64,000 nucleotides of DNA from Chloroflexota bacterium (GTDB taxonomy: Bacteria; Chloroflexota; Dehalococcoidia; JACQUD01): contig JACQUD010000049.1 in assembly GCA_016210485.1 (NCBI GenBank), positions 5,066-69,065 of the forward strand. The letters are read 5' to 3'. Position 1 is the stretch's first letter. The number at the start of each line of letters is the position of its first letter. The notes under the pieces were generated by a model. The model was not told the DNA's origin and made no database searches. It worked only from the letters and a program-made list of their open reading frames with translations. A program made the translations under genes and the position numbers. Of this stretch, positions 28,024-36,667 are shown one piece after another.

Positions 28024-28073
28024 TTTGACTGGCAGTCAAAAGGTAGGGAGTTCGAATCCCCCCTGCTCCACCA
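28024..28073 (+). pseudogene. tRNA-Ala(GGC) 3' fragment: anticodon arm, variable loop, T arm, acceptor 3' strand and CCA
   Basis: The stem TTTGA/TCAAA encloses the loop CTGGCAG (U33, anticodon GGC, A37). T arm is GGGAG-TTCGAAT-CCCCC with one A.C mismatch. Acceptor 3' strand is CTGCTCC-A-CCA. No complementary 5' acceptor strand or D arm lies upstream, where the CDS ends at 28012. Confidence 0.55.
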
Positions 28074-28120
28074 ATAGAATTCGAACCTCGGGAGGGAAGC
28101 CTCGAAATACCTTGGATAGC

Positions 28121-28474
28121 TCACTGCCGCTTCGCCTTGCGTGGCGCCCGTGGGGGGAGGGAGACCACGAAACTCAGGGCCTCGTCAACCCAAGCTTTTA
28201 GCTCCTTCTCCGTCTTACACCCTTTAGGCCCGATGTATAGCATGCCCTTGAGTGGCCTACCTGTAAAATCCATGGGGCGGGCGGATGGATCAGCGAGGGC
28301 CTCTTGATAATGCTCAGGCCCAACACGTACTACCAGGTCGTTGTTGAGAACGCCACAGCACATGTTGTCCATGACCATGAAAGTAAGCCCCCCGAACATG
28401 CTTTTCTCCACAATACCTGGCTGCCCAGCTAACAGGTGGCGCACTCGTTCAGCTAGCTTTTGGTTGTACGCCAC
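28121..28474 (-). CDS. TfoX N-terminal domain protein
   Basis: LAERVRHLL....VEKSMFGGLTFMVMDNMCCGV..DLVVRV is the TfoX_N signature. Visibly more AT-rich than the flanks. Confidence 0.75.
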   Translation of the reverse strand: MAYNQKLAERVRHLLAGQPGIVEKSMFGGLTFMVMDNMCCGVLNNDLVVRVGPEHYQEALADPSARPMDFTGRPLKGMLYIGPKGCKTEKELKAWVDEALSFVVSLPPRAPRKAKRQ

Positions 28475-28602
28475 ACCATCCTCCTACGCAGAATCTTGTC
28501 GTTCGACCTCAGCGAGCCTCCGGCTAAGAAAGGCACGCTCCACCGCGTTCTCAGAGAGAGCAATTGCCTGTTGAGCCCCACCGACCAGGTAAGCAGCAGA
28601 CC

Positions 28603-29139
28603 TCACCCTGCCGCAGGAGGTGTCGCCGGAGCCCGGGGCCGGCGCGGCCGGCGCCCCCGCCTCTTGGAGGCAGTGCCTAGCTCCCTCACCAGGTTCGCCA
28701 TCTCGATGGCCCCCACTGCGGCATCGAACCCCTTGTTCCCCTCCTTGGTCCCGGCCCGCTCGATGGCCTGCTCCAGGGTGTCGGCGGTGATTACGCCGAA
28801 GATGACGGGCACCCCTGTCTCCAGGGAAACCTGGGCCACTCCTTTGCTCACCTCGGCGGCGATGTAGTCGAAGTGAGGCGTGCCTCCCCGGAGGACGGCC
28901 CCCAGGCAGATGACCGCCGAGTAGCGACCGCTCTGGGCCAGGTTCTTGGCCACGGGTGGTATCTCGAAGGAGCCTGGGGTCCAGGCGACATCGATGTCCG
29001 CCTCCCGCACGCCGTGACGCAGGAGGGCATCCCTGGCCCCATCTAAGAGCTTGGATGTGATGAACTCGTTGAAGCGGGCTACCACCACGGCGAAGTGCAG
29101 CCCATCGCCCAGCAGTGCCCCAGAGAACTCTCTACCCAT
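28603..29139 (-). CDS. ribH: 6,7-dimethyl-8-ribityllumazine synthase
   Basis: [33 protein letters not shown]. Carries an Arg/Pro-rich C-terminal tail of about 25 aa. Confidence 0.9.
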   Translation of the reverse strand: MGREFSGALLGDGLHFAVVVARFNEFITSKLLDGARDALLRHGVREADIDVAWTPGSFEIPPVAKNLAQSGRYSAVICLGAVLRGGTPHFDYIAAEVSKGVAQVSLETGVPVIFGVITADTLEQAIERAGTKEGNKGFDAAVGAIEMANLVRELGTASKRRGRRPRRPRAPATPPAAG

Positions 29140-29154
29140 GTGGCCTCCTTTGAA

Positions 29155-30348
29155 CTAAAGAATGTGCCCGAGTTTCTGTCTTTTGACCTTCAGGTAACCT
29201 GCATTATAGGGGGTGGTCGGGGCCACCAGAGGGAGCCGGTCAACCACTTTCAGGCCGTATCCCTCCAGCCCCACAACCTTGCGAGGGTTGTTGGTCAAAA
29301 GCTTTATCTCTTTCAGGCCCAGGTCGGTCAAAATCTGGGCGCCGATGCCGTAGTCCCGCAGGTCTGGGGCCAGGCCCAGGGCCATGTTGGCCTCCACAGT
29401 ATCTAATCCCTGGTCCTGGAGGGCGTAGGCGCGGAGCTTATTATGCAAGCCGATGCCCCGCCCCTCCTGACGCATGTAGAGGAAGGCCCCCCTACCCTCC
29501 TGGGCGATGAGCTTCAAAGCCAGGTCTATCTGGGGCCCGCAGTCGCAACGCAGGCTCCCCAGGACATCGCCTGTAAGGCACTCGCTGTGCACTCGCACTA
29601 GCGCCGACCCCCCGTGGCAGACATCACCCATGATTAGGGCCACATGCTCATCAGGGTCAACAGTGCTTTTATAAGCATAAATAGTGAACTCGCCATAGCG
29701 GGTGGGCAACTTGGCCTCGGCCACTCTCTGCACCAGGGTCTCGTGCCGGCGACGGTAAGCGATGAACTGGGCCACGCTGATGATGTGAATGCCGTGCTCT
29801 TGAGCCATGGCTTCCAGCTCCGGCATCCGGGCCATGGTTCCGTCCTCTTTCATGACCTCGCAGATGACCCCCGCAGGGTAAAGCCCGGCGAGGCGGGCCA
29901 GGTCCATGATACCCTCGGTCTGCCCTGCCCGGACCAGCACCCCCCCCTCCCTTGCCCTGAGGGGGAACATGTGGCCAGGGCGAGCTATATCCTCGGGTTT
30001 AGTGGCTGGATCGATGAGGGCCTTCACTGTAGCGGCACGGTCGTGAGCCGAGATTCCCGTGGTGGTGTCTCGCTTGGCATCCACGGATACAGCGAAGGCG
30101 GTGCCGAAGGCCGAGGTGTTCTCCTGGACCATCATAGGGATGCGCAGTTCGTCCAACCTCTGGCCAGGCAGGGAGATGCAGATAAGACCTCGGCCGTGCC
30201 TGGCCATGAAGTTGATGGCCTCTGCGGTTATGTGCTGGGCAGCTATGGCCAGGTCGCCCTCGTTCTCCCGATCCTCGTCATCCACAATGATGACGAACTT
30301 ACCGGCCTTGATGTCCTCGATGGCTTGCTCTACAGTGCAGAATCCCAT
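29155..30348 (-). CDS. ribBA: bifunctional 3,4-dihydroxy-2-butanone-4-phosphate synthase / GTP cyclohydrolase II
   Basis: DDEDRENEGDL and GHMFPL (RibB half). VRVHSECLTGDV.....CDCG and EGRGIGL (RibA half). Confidence 0.92.
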   Translation of the reverse strand: MGFCTVEQAIEDIKAGKFVIIVDDEDRENEGDLAIAAQHITAEAINFMARHGRGLICISLPGQRLDELRIPMMVQENTSAFGTAFAVSVDAKRDTTTGISAHDRAATVKALIDPATKPEDIARPGHMFPLRAREGGVLVRAGQTEGIMDLARLAGLYPAGVICEVMKEDGTMARMPELEAMAQEHGIHIISVAQFIAYRRRHETLVQRVAEAKLPTRYGEFTIYAYKSTVDPDEHVALIMGDVCHGGSALVRVHSECLTGDVLGSLRCDCGPQIDLALKLIAQEGRGAFLYMRQEGRGIGLHNKLRAYALQDQGLDTVEANMALGLAPDLRDYGIGAQILTDLGLKEIKLLTNNPRKVVGLEGYGLKVVDRLPLVAPTTPYNAGYLKVKRQKLGHIL

Positions 30349-30349
30349 C

Positions 30350-30835
30350 TCATCCCCTTCCTGCCCTGTCCCGAACTTCCACCAGCCTCCTGATGTGCCC
30401 CTTTTCCTGGGCTACAATCTCTGCCAGCACCGGCTGGTCCCGCCGTGCCAGCAGCCCTTTCATCTCGGAGAAGAAAAGAATAGTATCCTTCTCGAAGAGG
30501 ATGGCCGTGTTCAGAGCATCGGTGTCATTTCGAGCCTGCTGGGCCAGACGCCTCCAGGCCTCTTCCCCGACGAAGACGCGGCTGGCGGCCAGGGCCTCAA
30601 TGTAAGCCTGATATTCTCCGGCATAAGACTCGGGGAGGGGCCTTCGTCCCACCGAATCCAGCAACCCCTGAAAGAGGGCCAGGTGCTTCTCCTCCTCCCC
30701 GGCCAGAAACTGGCAAACCTCCCGCACCGGGCCGGTCTTAGCACTCCCCTCAATGGCGCGGTAGAAAGAGAAGCCGTTCCGCTCCACTTGCATAGCCAGC
30801 TCCAGTAAATCGTGGCCAGTGAAGATGCCAGCCAT
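30350..30835 (-). CDS. ferritin-like / rubrerythrin-family four-helix protein embedded in the rib operon
   Basis: ELAMQVERNGFSFY ... AGEEEKH ... FEKDTILFFSEM ... AQEKGHIRRL gives an ExxH-type diiron pattern. 1-6 nt gaps to ribBA and ribE. Confidence 0.6.
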   Translation of the reverse strand: MAGIFTGHDLLELAMQVERNGFSFYRAIEGSAKTGPVREVCQFLAGEEEKHLALFQGLLDSVGRRPLPESYAGEYQAYIEALAASRVFVGEEAWRRLAQQARNDTDALNTAILFEKDTILFFSEMKGLLARRDQPVLAEIVAQEKGHIRRLVEVRDRAGRG

Positions 30836-30841
30836 TTCCGC

Positions 30842-31486
30842 TCATCTCCCGCCGAGGAACCCATGGCGCTCCAAAAGCTCCATGGTGACGCTGTCCTGAG
30901 CCTGCCGAAGGGTGCCTCCATGCAGCTTCTCTACATATTTAGCCAGGATATCTACCTCCAGGTTCACCGCTGCCCCCGGGTCTTTGTGACCCAAGGTGGT
31001 GTTCTCGTAGGTATAGGGTATCACAGAAACGGCAAAAGAGGAAACGTCCAGGGCCGCCACCGTCAGGCTGATGCCGTCCACAGCGATGAACCCCTTCTCT
31101 ACCAGGTAGCGCATTATCTCTGAAGACGCGCCGATGCGGAAGAGATGAGCACCCTCCTGGGTAGCTATAGAGAGAATTCGCCCAGTGCCATCCACGTGGC
31201 CCTGGACGAAGTGGCCCCCCAGGCGGCTCTGGGGGGTGAGAGCGCGCTCCAGGTTAACCCCACCCCCGGGCTGCAGAGCGGCCAGAGTAGTGCGGGCCAG
31301 GGTCTCAGGGGAGAGGTCCACGGAGAAAGAAGTGGCGTCCCGGGCCACGATGGTGAGGCAGGCCCCGTCCACGGCGATACTGTCGCCCACTGCCATTCCC
31401 TCCAGGGCCTTTCGGGCGGCGATAGTGAGTCGCTGGCCGCGAAGGGCTACGACAGTGCCTACCTCTTCAACAATGCCGGTGAACAT
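30842..31486 (-). CDS. ribE: riboflavin synthase alpha chain
   Basis: MFTGIVEEVG start and internal duplication (GDSIAVDGACLT / GFIAVDGISLT). Confidence 0.9.
   Translation of the reverse strand: MFTGIVEEVGTVVALRGQRLTIAARKALEGMAVGDSIAVDGACLTIVARDATSFSVDLSPETLARTTLAALQPGGGVNLERALTPQSRLGGHFVQGHVDGTGRILSIATQEGAHLFRIGASSEIMRYLVEKGFIAVDGISLTVAALDVSSFAVSVIPYTYENTTLGHKDPGAAVNLEVDILAKYVEKLHGGTLRQAQDSVTMELLERHGFLGGR
30890..30912 (-). repeat. possible inverted copy of the dispersed short repeat inside the ribE C-terminal linker
   Basis: The minus strand reads CCCTTCGGCAGGCTCAGGACAGC, with the same spacing as 7937-7959. Because it is coding, the match may be coincidental. Confidence 0.35.
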
Positions 31487-31488
31487 CT

Positions 31489-32586
31489 CTATTGCCTGGC
31501 TATATACCCCATCACTATTATATCCTGCCCAGCCCGCCGCACCTTCAACCGTTCCAGTCGTAGAGCCTGGGCTACCCTTTCCACACCTATCCCAACTACT
31601 GTGGGCACAGCGTCCTTGCCCCCTATTATAATGGGGGCAATGGCTGCCTCCACCTTGTCCACCAGCCCCAGGTCGAAGAAGGAGCCTAGCAGAATGCCGC
31701 CGCCATCCACTAAGAGGCTGGTCACTTGCCTCTCCCCCAGGATGCGGAGGAGCTGAAGCAAATCCACCCGTCCCCCCTCCGAGGGCATCTCCAGCACCTC
31801 CACCCCACGCAGGGAAAGCTGCCGGGCCTTCTCCGCCTCCAGAGGCCGTGCCGTGACCAACATAGCCTTCCCCGGCCCCTGGAATACCTGAGACGTAGCT
31901 GGGACCCTCCCTCGGCTGTCCACCACCACCCGCAGAGGCTGTCTGTCCCCGGGATGAACCTTGTCATCCCGCCGGCGGTAGGTGAGCTGGGGATCATCGG
32001 CCAGGACGGTGTTGGCCCCCGCCATGATGGCATCCACAATGCGCCGGAGCCGGTGGGCCTGGCGCCGAGCCAGGGGGCCGCTGACCCACTTGGCATCCCC
32101 CGTTCGAGTGGCTATCTTGCCGTCCAGGCTCATGGCGAACTTGGCGATGGCGAATGGGAGGCCCGTAGTGATGTATTTGACGTAGGCCTCATTGATCTCC
32201 TGGGCCTCGGCCTCCTGCTCCCCCAGGACGACCTCGATCCCCGCCCCCCTCAGCTCCAGCACCCCCCTCCCCGCCACCAGGGGGTTCGGGTCCAATGTGG
32301 CGACCTGAACTCGAGCAACGCCGGCCTCGATGATGGCGCGAGTACAAGGGGGCGTCCTGCCGAAGTGGCAACAAGGCTCCAGGGTGACGTATAGGGTGGC
32401 CCCTCTGGCCCTCTCCTCGGCTCTGCCCAGGGCCACTACCTCGGCATGGGGGCCCCCGGGGGGCCTGGTGTAGCCCTCCCCGATAACTTCCCCATCCTTG
32501 ACGATGACGGCCCCTACGGCGGGGTTGGGGCTAGTGCTGCCCAACGCCTGCCGGGCCAGGGCCAGGGCGCGGCGCATGTAGTCCAT
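31489..32586 (-). CDS. ribD: bifunctional diaminohydroxyphosphoribosylaminopyrimidine deaminase / 5-amino-6-(5-phosphoribosylamino)uracil reductase
   Basis: HAEVVAL...PCCHFGRTPPC deaminase zinc site. C-terminal reductase domain. Confidence 0.9.
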   Translation of the reverse strand: MDYMRRALALARQALGSTSPNPAVGAVIVKDGEVIGEGYTRPPGGPHAEVVALGRAEERARGATLYVTLEPCCHFGRTPPCTRAIIEAGVARVQVATLDPNPLVAGRGVLELRGAGIEVVLGEQEAEAQEINEAYVKYITTGLPFAIAKFAMSLDGKIATRTGDAKWVSGPLARRQAHRLRRIVDAIMAGANTVLADDPQLTYRRRDDKVHPGDRQPLRVVVDSRGRVPATSQVFQGPGKAMLVTARPLEAEKARQLSLRGVEVLEMPSEGGRVDLLQLLRILGERQVTSLLVDGGGILLGSFFDLGLVDKVEAAIAPIIIGGKDAVPTVVGIGVERVAQALRLERLKVRRAGQDIIVMGYIARQ

Positions 32587-32591
32587 GGTAG

Positions 32592-33170
32592 CTACTTCGC
32601 TTTGAAGTCTCGGTGGGACTGGCTAGGGGTGGGCTGGGTCTGTCCCTGATACTTGCTTCCCATCTGAGGGGAACCGTAAAGGTTCTCCGCCGCCGTAGAC
32701 AGGCGGTGGAAGGAGAACTGGCCGATTTTCATCCCGTAGTAGAGGGTGATGGGCAAGTTAGCTACATTGGAGAGCTCCAGTGTGAGATGGCCCTGCCAGC
32801 CCGGGTCCACATAGCCAGCGGTGGAGTGGATGAGCAGTCCCAGGCGGCCCAGGGACGATTTGCCCTCCAGCCGGGCCACGATGTCCTCGGGCAGGGTCAG
32901 GCTCTCCAGGGTGGAGCCCAGAACGAACTCACCGGGGTGGAGGATGAAAGGGGCGTCTTCTGGGCCGGTGCCGATCTCCACCAGGTCTGTGATGTCCCCC
33001 ATGTCCTGGCGGACATCGATGAAGGGCCGACGGGTGTTACGGAAGACGAGAAACTTCCTATCCAGGTGGATGTCCACGCTGGCGGGTTGGATGCACGACT
33101 CGTCCAGGGGTGCGATAACGATGCGCCCCTTGGCAATTTCTTCCTTGATAGAGCGGTCGCTGAGTACCAT
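32592..33170 (-). CDS. dcd: dCTP deaminase
   Basis: [28 protein letters not shown], the trimeric dUTPase-fold family. Ends 5 nt before ribD. Confidence 0.9.
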   Translation of the reverse strand: MVLSDRSIKEEIAKGRIVIAPLDESCIQPASVDIHLDRKFLVFRNTRRPFIDVRQDMGDITDLVEIGTGPEDAPFILHPGEFVLGSTLESLTLPEDIVARLEGKSSLGRLGLLIHSTAGYVDPGWQGHLTLELSNVANLPITLYYGMKIGQFSFHRLSTAAENLYGSPQMGSKYQGQTQPTPSQSHRDFKAK

Positions 33171-33235
33171 GTAAACCTCTCCTCAAGAGGGAATTGTAGC
33201 ATCGCAGGTATGAAAGAGCAAGGAGTGGGAGGTAA

Positions 33236-33269
33236 GCGTATACCCCCGAGTTAATTCGGGGGTATACGC
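33236..33269. terminator. strong hairpin between the SIMPL gene and dcd
   Basis: GCGTATACCCCCGA (33236-33249) pairs with TCGGGGGTATACGC (33256-33269). No clear U-tract on the minus strand. Confidence 0.45.
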
Positions 33270-33294
33270 GGCCTGGGCCTTGTCCCGCTTTGTC

Positions 33295-34200
33295 TTACTC
33301 TATTGCGAACACTATCTGAACGGTTACGGTGAATTGGTTCTCCCCAGCGCTTATGGGCGTGGGGGCAGCGGCGCCTTCCATCGCCTTCATCGCGTAGGGG
33401 TAGGGCGTGGGGACGCTGTAGCTGGAGCCCTCGGTAATGTATATGGGCTTGCCCAGGGTGACCTCCGCCAGCTCAGCCATCTGCTTCGCCTTGGCCATGG
33501 CGTCCTTCATGGCCTCCTCTCGAGCCTGGGTGAGGAACAGCGTAGGGTCATCCACGGAGAAGCTTATGCTGTTGATGCGAGTGACATCGCCGCCTGCCTC
33601 GGCCACGCCATCGATTATGGCCCCCACGTTGTCCAGGTTACGAACCTTGACTGAGATCATGTTGCTCACCCGGTAGCCGACAATCTCCTCCTGGCCGAGC
33701 CTATCTATCCACTGGGTGACCTGGTAGATATTGAAGCTGGTGGTCTTGATGTCCTTCTCGGCCACCCCGCTGTCCAAGAGCACCTTACGGATAGCGTTCA
33801 TGGCATCTCGGGCCCGCCGCTGGGCATCGGCTACTGTCTTGTCCTGAACCTCCACCCCCACCGAGAGCTGGGCCACATCGGGGGCAGCGCTTACTGTGCC
33901 GCTGCCTGAGACCCAGAGGCCCATTTGCTGGTTGGAGATGGTGGGCACAGAAATATAGGACATGCTGGGCTGGAGCGGAGCGACCATAGTTCCCGAGCCT
34001 GTCTCTATTCGCTGAGACAAAGACCCCGTCTCTCCGGGCAAGATAGTAATTCCCCCCGGCGTAGGCATTACCCCTGGCGATGAGGCCGTCGGCGATGGCG
34101 AGGCCACTGGTGCAGGTGTAGGTGTGGGGGTGGCCTGGACACAGAATACAGTCAAGAGCGCTAGTATCGTTCCCAGAGCTAATAAGACCTTCATCTTCAT
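33295..34200 (-). CDS. SIMPL-domain (DUF541) secreted protein
   Basis: I chose the ATG at 34200 (MKMKVLLALGTILALLTVF signal peptide, AGGAGG upstream). The C-terminal half has the SIMPL pattern. The upstream 187 aa of the track ORF overlap the anti-sigma gene. Confidence 0.8.
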   Translation of the reverse strand: MKMKVLLALGTILALLTVFCVQATPTPTPAPVASPSPTASSPGVMPTPGGITILPGETGSLSQRIETGSGTMVAPLQPSMSYISVPTISNQQMGLWVSGSGTVSAAPDVAQLSVGVEVQDKTVADAQRRARDAMNAIRKVLLDSGVAEKDIKTTSFNIYQVTQWIDRLGQEEIVGYRVSNMISVKVRNLDNVGAIIDGVAEAGGDVTRINSISFSVDDPTLFLTQAREEAMKDAMAKAKQMAELAEVTLGKPIYITEGSSYSVPTPYPYAMKAMEGAAAPTPISAGENQFTVTVQIVFAIE

Positions 34201-34230
34201 GGTAGCACCTCCTAAAGTTTGTCTCAAAGG

Positions 34231-34248
34231 GTAACGGGCGCCCGTTAC
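34231..34248. other. perfect 18-bp palindrome at the anti-sigma stop codon
   Basis: GTAACGGGCGCCCGTTAC, between the anti-sigma gene and the SIMPL gene. Confidence 0.5.
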
Positions 34249-34802
34249 GCCGGTTTTCGCAGCCTCCGTCTCCACAGCGAAAAGGCCATCCCGGCGAGCA
34301 GGAGCAAGAGCAGGCTCCCCAGGGCCAGCTCTATCTGGGTCAGGGGCCAGCCGCCCACAGCTCCCGCCGCTGTCGTCCCCTCCAGGGATTCGCCTACCTT
34401 GGGCGCTGCCTCCAGGGTGCGAAGGCCCGCCTCCGTGGGCGCGGGGGAAGGGGTAGGCAGCGCGACTGTCCCCTGGGGCAGGAAGCCCGCCAGGTCCCCG
34501 GCCAAGAAGAAGGCCAGGGCCAGGCTCGCCATCGCTGCCGCCAGCCCCCAGGCCCATCTTGAGGTCGCTGGGGTAGCCAATACCATCTCCGACGATAAAG
34601 TGAAGGAGCGGGGCAGTGCCGCACCTGGCAGGCTCCGCAGCAAGAACACCGCCTCGGACAGAGAGGCCAGCTCCTCCCGACATTGGGGACAACCCTCCAG
34701 GTGGGCCTCCACGGCCTGAACCTGCTCTGCCCTCATCGCCCCATCCAAATATTCTGAGAGCCACTTTCTCACCTGGGGGCAGCCTATCTTTCTTCTCTCC
34801 AT
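34245..34802 (-). CDS. anti-sigma factor (zf-HC2 N-terminus, single TM)
   Basis: CPQVRKWLSEYLDG....HLEGCPQCREEL gives the H-x3-C-x2-C pattern. A central TM helix is present. Lies directly downstream of the ECF sigma gene. Confidence 0.75.
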   Translation of the reverse strand: MERRKIGCPQVRKWLSEYLDGAMRAEQVQAVEAHLEGCPQCREELASLSEAVFLLRSLPGAALPRSFTLSSEMVLATPATSRWAWGLAAAMASLALAFFLAGDLAGFLPQGTVALPTPSPAPTEAGLRTLEAAPKVGESLEGTTAAGAVGGWPLTQIELALGSLLLLLLAGMAFSLWRRRLRKPA

Positions 34803-34807
34803 AGCTC

Positions 34808-35428
34808 CTAACTCCTGCCCCTATCCTTAAGACGATACTGCTCAGGTAAAAGTTCCCTCTGCCGGAGTAAGTAGTCTCTGAGATAGAGCCGTCCTCGAAG
34901 CAGGCGGGACTTCACCGTCCCCAGGGCGGTGCCCGTGGCCTGCGCTATCTCCTCGTAGCTTAAGCCCTGGATGTCCCGAAGTATGACAGCCAGGCGCTGC
35001 TCTTCCGGCATTTGCCCCAGGCCCCGGGCGACGGCCCGATGAAGTTCCCGGCTCAGGGCGACCTCCTCCGGGGACTCCGCCGGGGATGAGGCCGGCTCGG
35101 GCAGAGCATCCTCTTCCTCCAGGGTCTCCAGGGAGACAGGGCGTCGGCCCCGGCGGCGAAGCTCGTCCTTGCAGGCGTTGGCGGCAATGCTGAAGAGCCA
35201 GGCCCGGAAGCTGCCCCCATGGAACTTCTTCAAGGCTCGGAAGGCTCGGATGAAGGCCTCCTGGGCGGCATCCTCGGCAACATCGGCGCGGCCCAGCATG
35301 CGTAAGGCCAGATTATAGACAGGGGCCTGGTAAGCCTCCACCAGAAGGTTGAAGCTCTCCAGGTCACCCTCCTGACTGCGACGGATCAGCTCTGCCTCGT
35401 TGTTCATGCGCTTAGGCCCGTGGCTCAT
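34808..35428 (-). CDS. ECF (group IV) RNA polymerase sigma factor
   Basis: Region 2 (FNLLVEAYQAPVYNLALRML..DAEDAAQEAFIRAF) and region 4 (LSYEEIAQATGTALGTVKSRL). Confidence 0.88.
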   Translation of the reverse strand: MSHGPKRMNNEAELIRRSQEGDLESFNLLVEAYQAPVYNLALRMLGRADVAEDAAQEAFIRAFRALKKFHGGSFRAWLFSIAANACKDELRRRGRRPVSLETLEEEDALPEPASSPAESPEEVALSRELHRAVARGLGQMPEEQRLAVILRDIQGLSYEEIAQATGTALGTVKSRLLRGRLYLRDYLLRQRELLPEQYRLKDRGRS

Positions 35429-35503
35429 TCTAACAGAGGGGAGCTGCAGAGACTACTTTTTAAGCTGCATAGTTGCCGAAGATGAGATATAATAATACAC
35501 AGA

Positions 35504-36073
35504 ATGGGCAGCTTTCTTAAGACCATTATCCTGGCTTTGGCCATCTTCCTCCTGGTGCGGAGCACTCTGCAAAGCTTTGTAGTCCTGGGGAGTAGCATGG
35601 AGCCCAGCCTGGTGGACGGACAGCTCATACTGGTAGATAAGGCGAGCTATCGCATCCATCTCCCCAGGCGGGGTGACATTGTAATCTTCCGCTCCCCCTC
35701 ACGTACGAATAGGTTCCTCATCAAACGAGTCATCGCCCTGCCTGGGGAGACGGTGGAGATCCGGAATGGCAAGCCTATTATCTGTCCAACTCCTACGGAA
35801 AAACGGGATTGCTGGACGTTGGAAGAGAGCTACGTCCTTCTCAGACCTGGGGAAAATGATTTACCTACGACAGTGCTTCCGGACCACTTCTACGTCTTGG
35901 GGGACAACCGCGCCCATAGCACTGACTCCCGCTCCCCCAGCGTCGGCCTGGTTTCCAGAGAAGACATAATAGGCCGGGCTTGGCTCTCCCTGTGGCCTTT
36001 GCAGGATTGGGGATTAGCCCCCAACTATTCTTGGGCCAATCATTCTTCAACTACCTCAGGGCAGGCTTACTAA
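35504..36073 (+). CDS. lepB: signal peptidase I
   Basis: Catalytic GSSMEPSL, KRVIALPGE, GDNRAHSTDSR. Confidence 0.9.
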   Translation: MGSFLKTIILALAIFLLVRSTLQSFVVLGSSMEPSLVDGQLILVDKASYRIHLPRRGDIVIFRSPSRTNRFLIKRVIALPGETVEIRNGKPIICPTPTEKRDCWTLEESYVLLRPGENDLPTTVLPDHFYVLGDNRAHSTDSRSPSVGLVSREDIIGRAWLSLWPLQDWGLAPNYSWANHSSTTSGQAY

Positions 36074-36082
36074 GGAGGGGCC

Positions 36083-36667
36083 ATGGCCAGTTCGACAGGC
36101 TCACGAGGCACTACGAAGGTGGAGCGTATTCTGAGGGATTCCGGGGCCCTCCTGGAGGGCCACTTTCTGTTGACCTCAGGGCTTCATTCGCCATATTATG
36201 TCGAGAAGTTTCACGTCCTCCAGCATCCCCGGCACACTCAGGCCCTGGGTCGGCTCATCGCCGACAACTTTCGGGGCGCCGGGGCCCAGGTGGTGGCCGG
36301 CCCCACCACGGGAGGTGTCATCGTGGCCTATGAGGTGGCCCGGCAGCTCGGAGTGCGCAGCATCTTCGCCGAGCCTGGCGACCAGGGAAGGGTCTTCCGG
36401 CGCTTCACCCTAGCACCTGGGGAGAAGGTCCTGGTGGTGGACGATGTCCTGACTACAGGGGGCTCGGTGCAGGATGTCTTGGCCGAGGTGCGGCGCTGTC
36501 AGGGGGTGGTGGTGGGTGTGGGAGTGTTGGTGGATCGCTCCGACGGCGTTGACCTGGGGGTCCCCCTCTTTAGCTGCCACCGAATGCGCATCCCCACCTA
36601 TCAGCCCCAGGATTGCCCTCTCTGCGCTAAAGGGCTGCCCTTTACCAAGCCCGGCGCTTCTGCCTAA
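36083..36667 (+). CDS. pyrE: orotate phosphoribosyltransferase
   Basis: PRPP motif VLVVDDVLTTGGS; 194 aa. Confidence 0.88.
   Translation: MASSTGSRGTTKVERILRDSGALLEGHFLLTSGLHSPYYVEKFHVLQHPRHTQALGRLIADNFRGAGAQVVAGPTTGGVIVAYEVARQLGVRSIFAEPGDQGRVFRRFTLAPGEKVLVVDDVLTTGGSVQDVLAEVRRCQGVVVGVGVLVDRSDGVDLGVPLFSCHRMRIPTYQPQDCPLCAKGLPFTKPGASA

Noticed and set aside
28024-28073. The ...GTTCGAATCCCCCCTGCTCCACCA end could be the 3' end of a tmRNA (ssrA).
   Set aside because: No GGGGCAG/GGAGCAG 5' acceptor partner lies on the plus strand within ~400 nt upstream. That space is filled by a well-supported phosphoesterase CDS. The upstream hairpin has a proper 7-nt anticodon loop (CUGGCAG) with U33/A37, which fits a tRNA-Ala fragment better.
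32587-33235. An FMN (RFN) riboswitch was expected upstream of ribD.
   Set aside because: The dcd-ribD gap is 5 nt and the region upstream of dcd is about 65 nt before a terminator-like hairpin. No conserved RFN core was recognisable by eye. A covariance-model scan would be definitive.
34201-34764. The 489-aa ORF 33295-34764 could be a single large protein.
   Set aside because: Its first 187 aa are Gly/Pro/Arg-rich and overlap the anti-sigma gene in another frame. A strong AGGAGG plus ATG at 34200 starts a classical signal peptide, so the SIMPL protein is 33295-34200.
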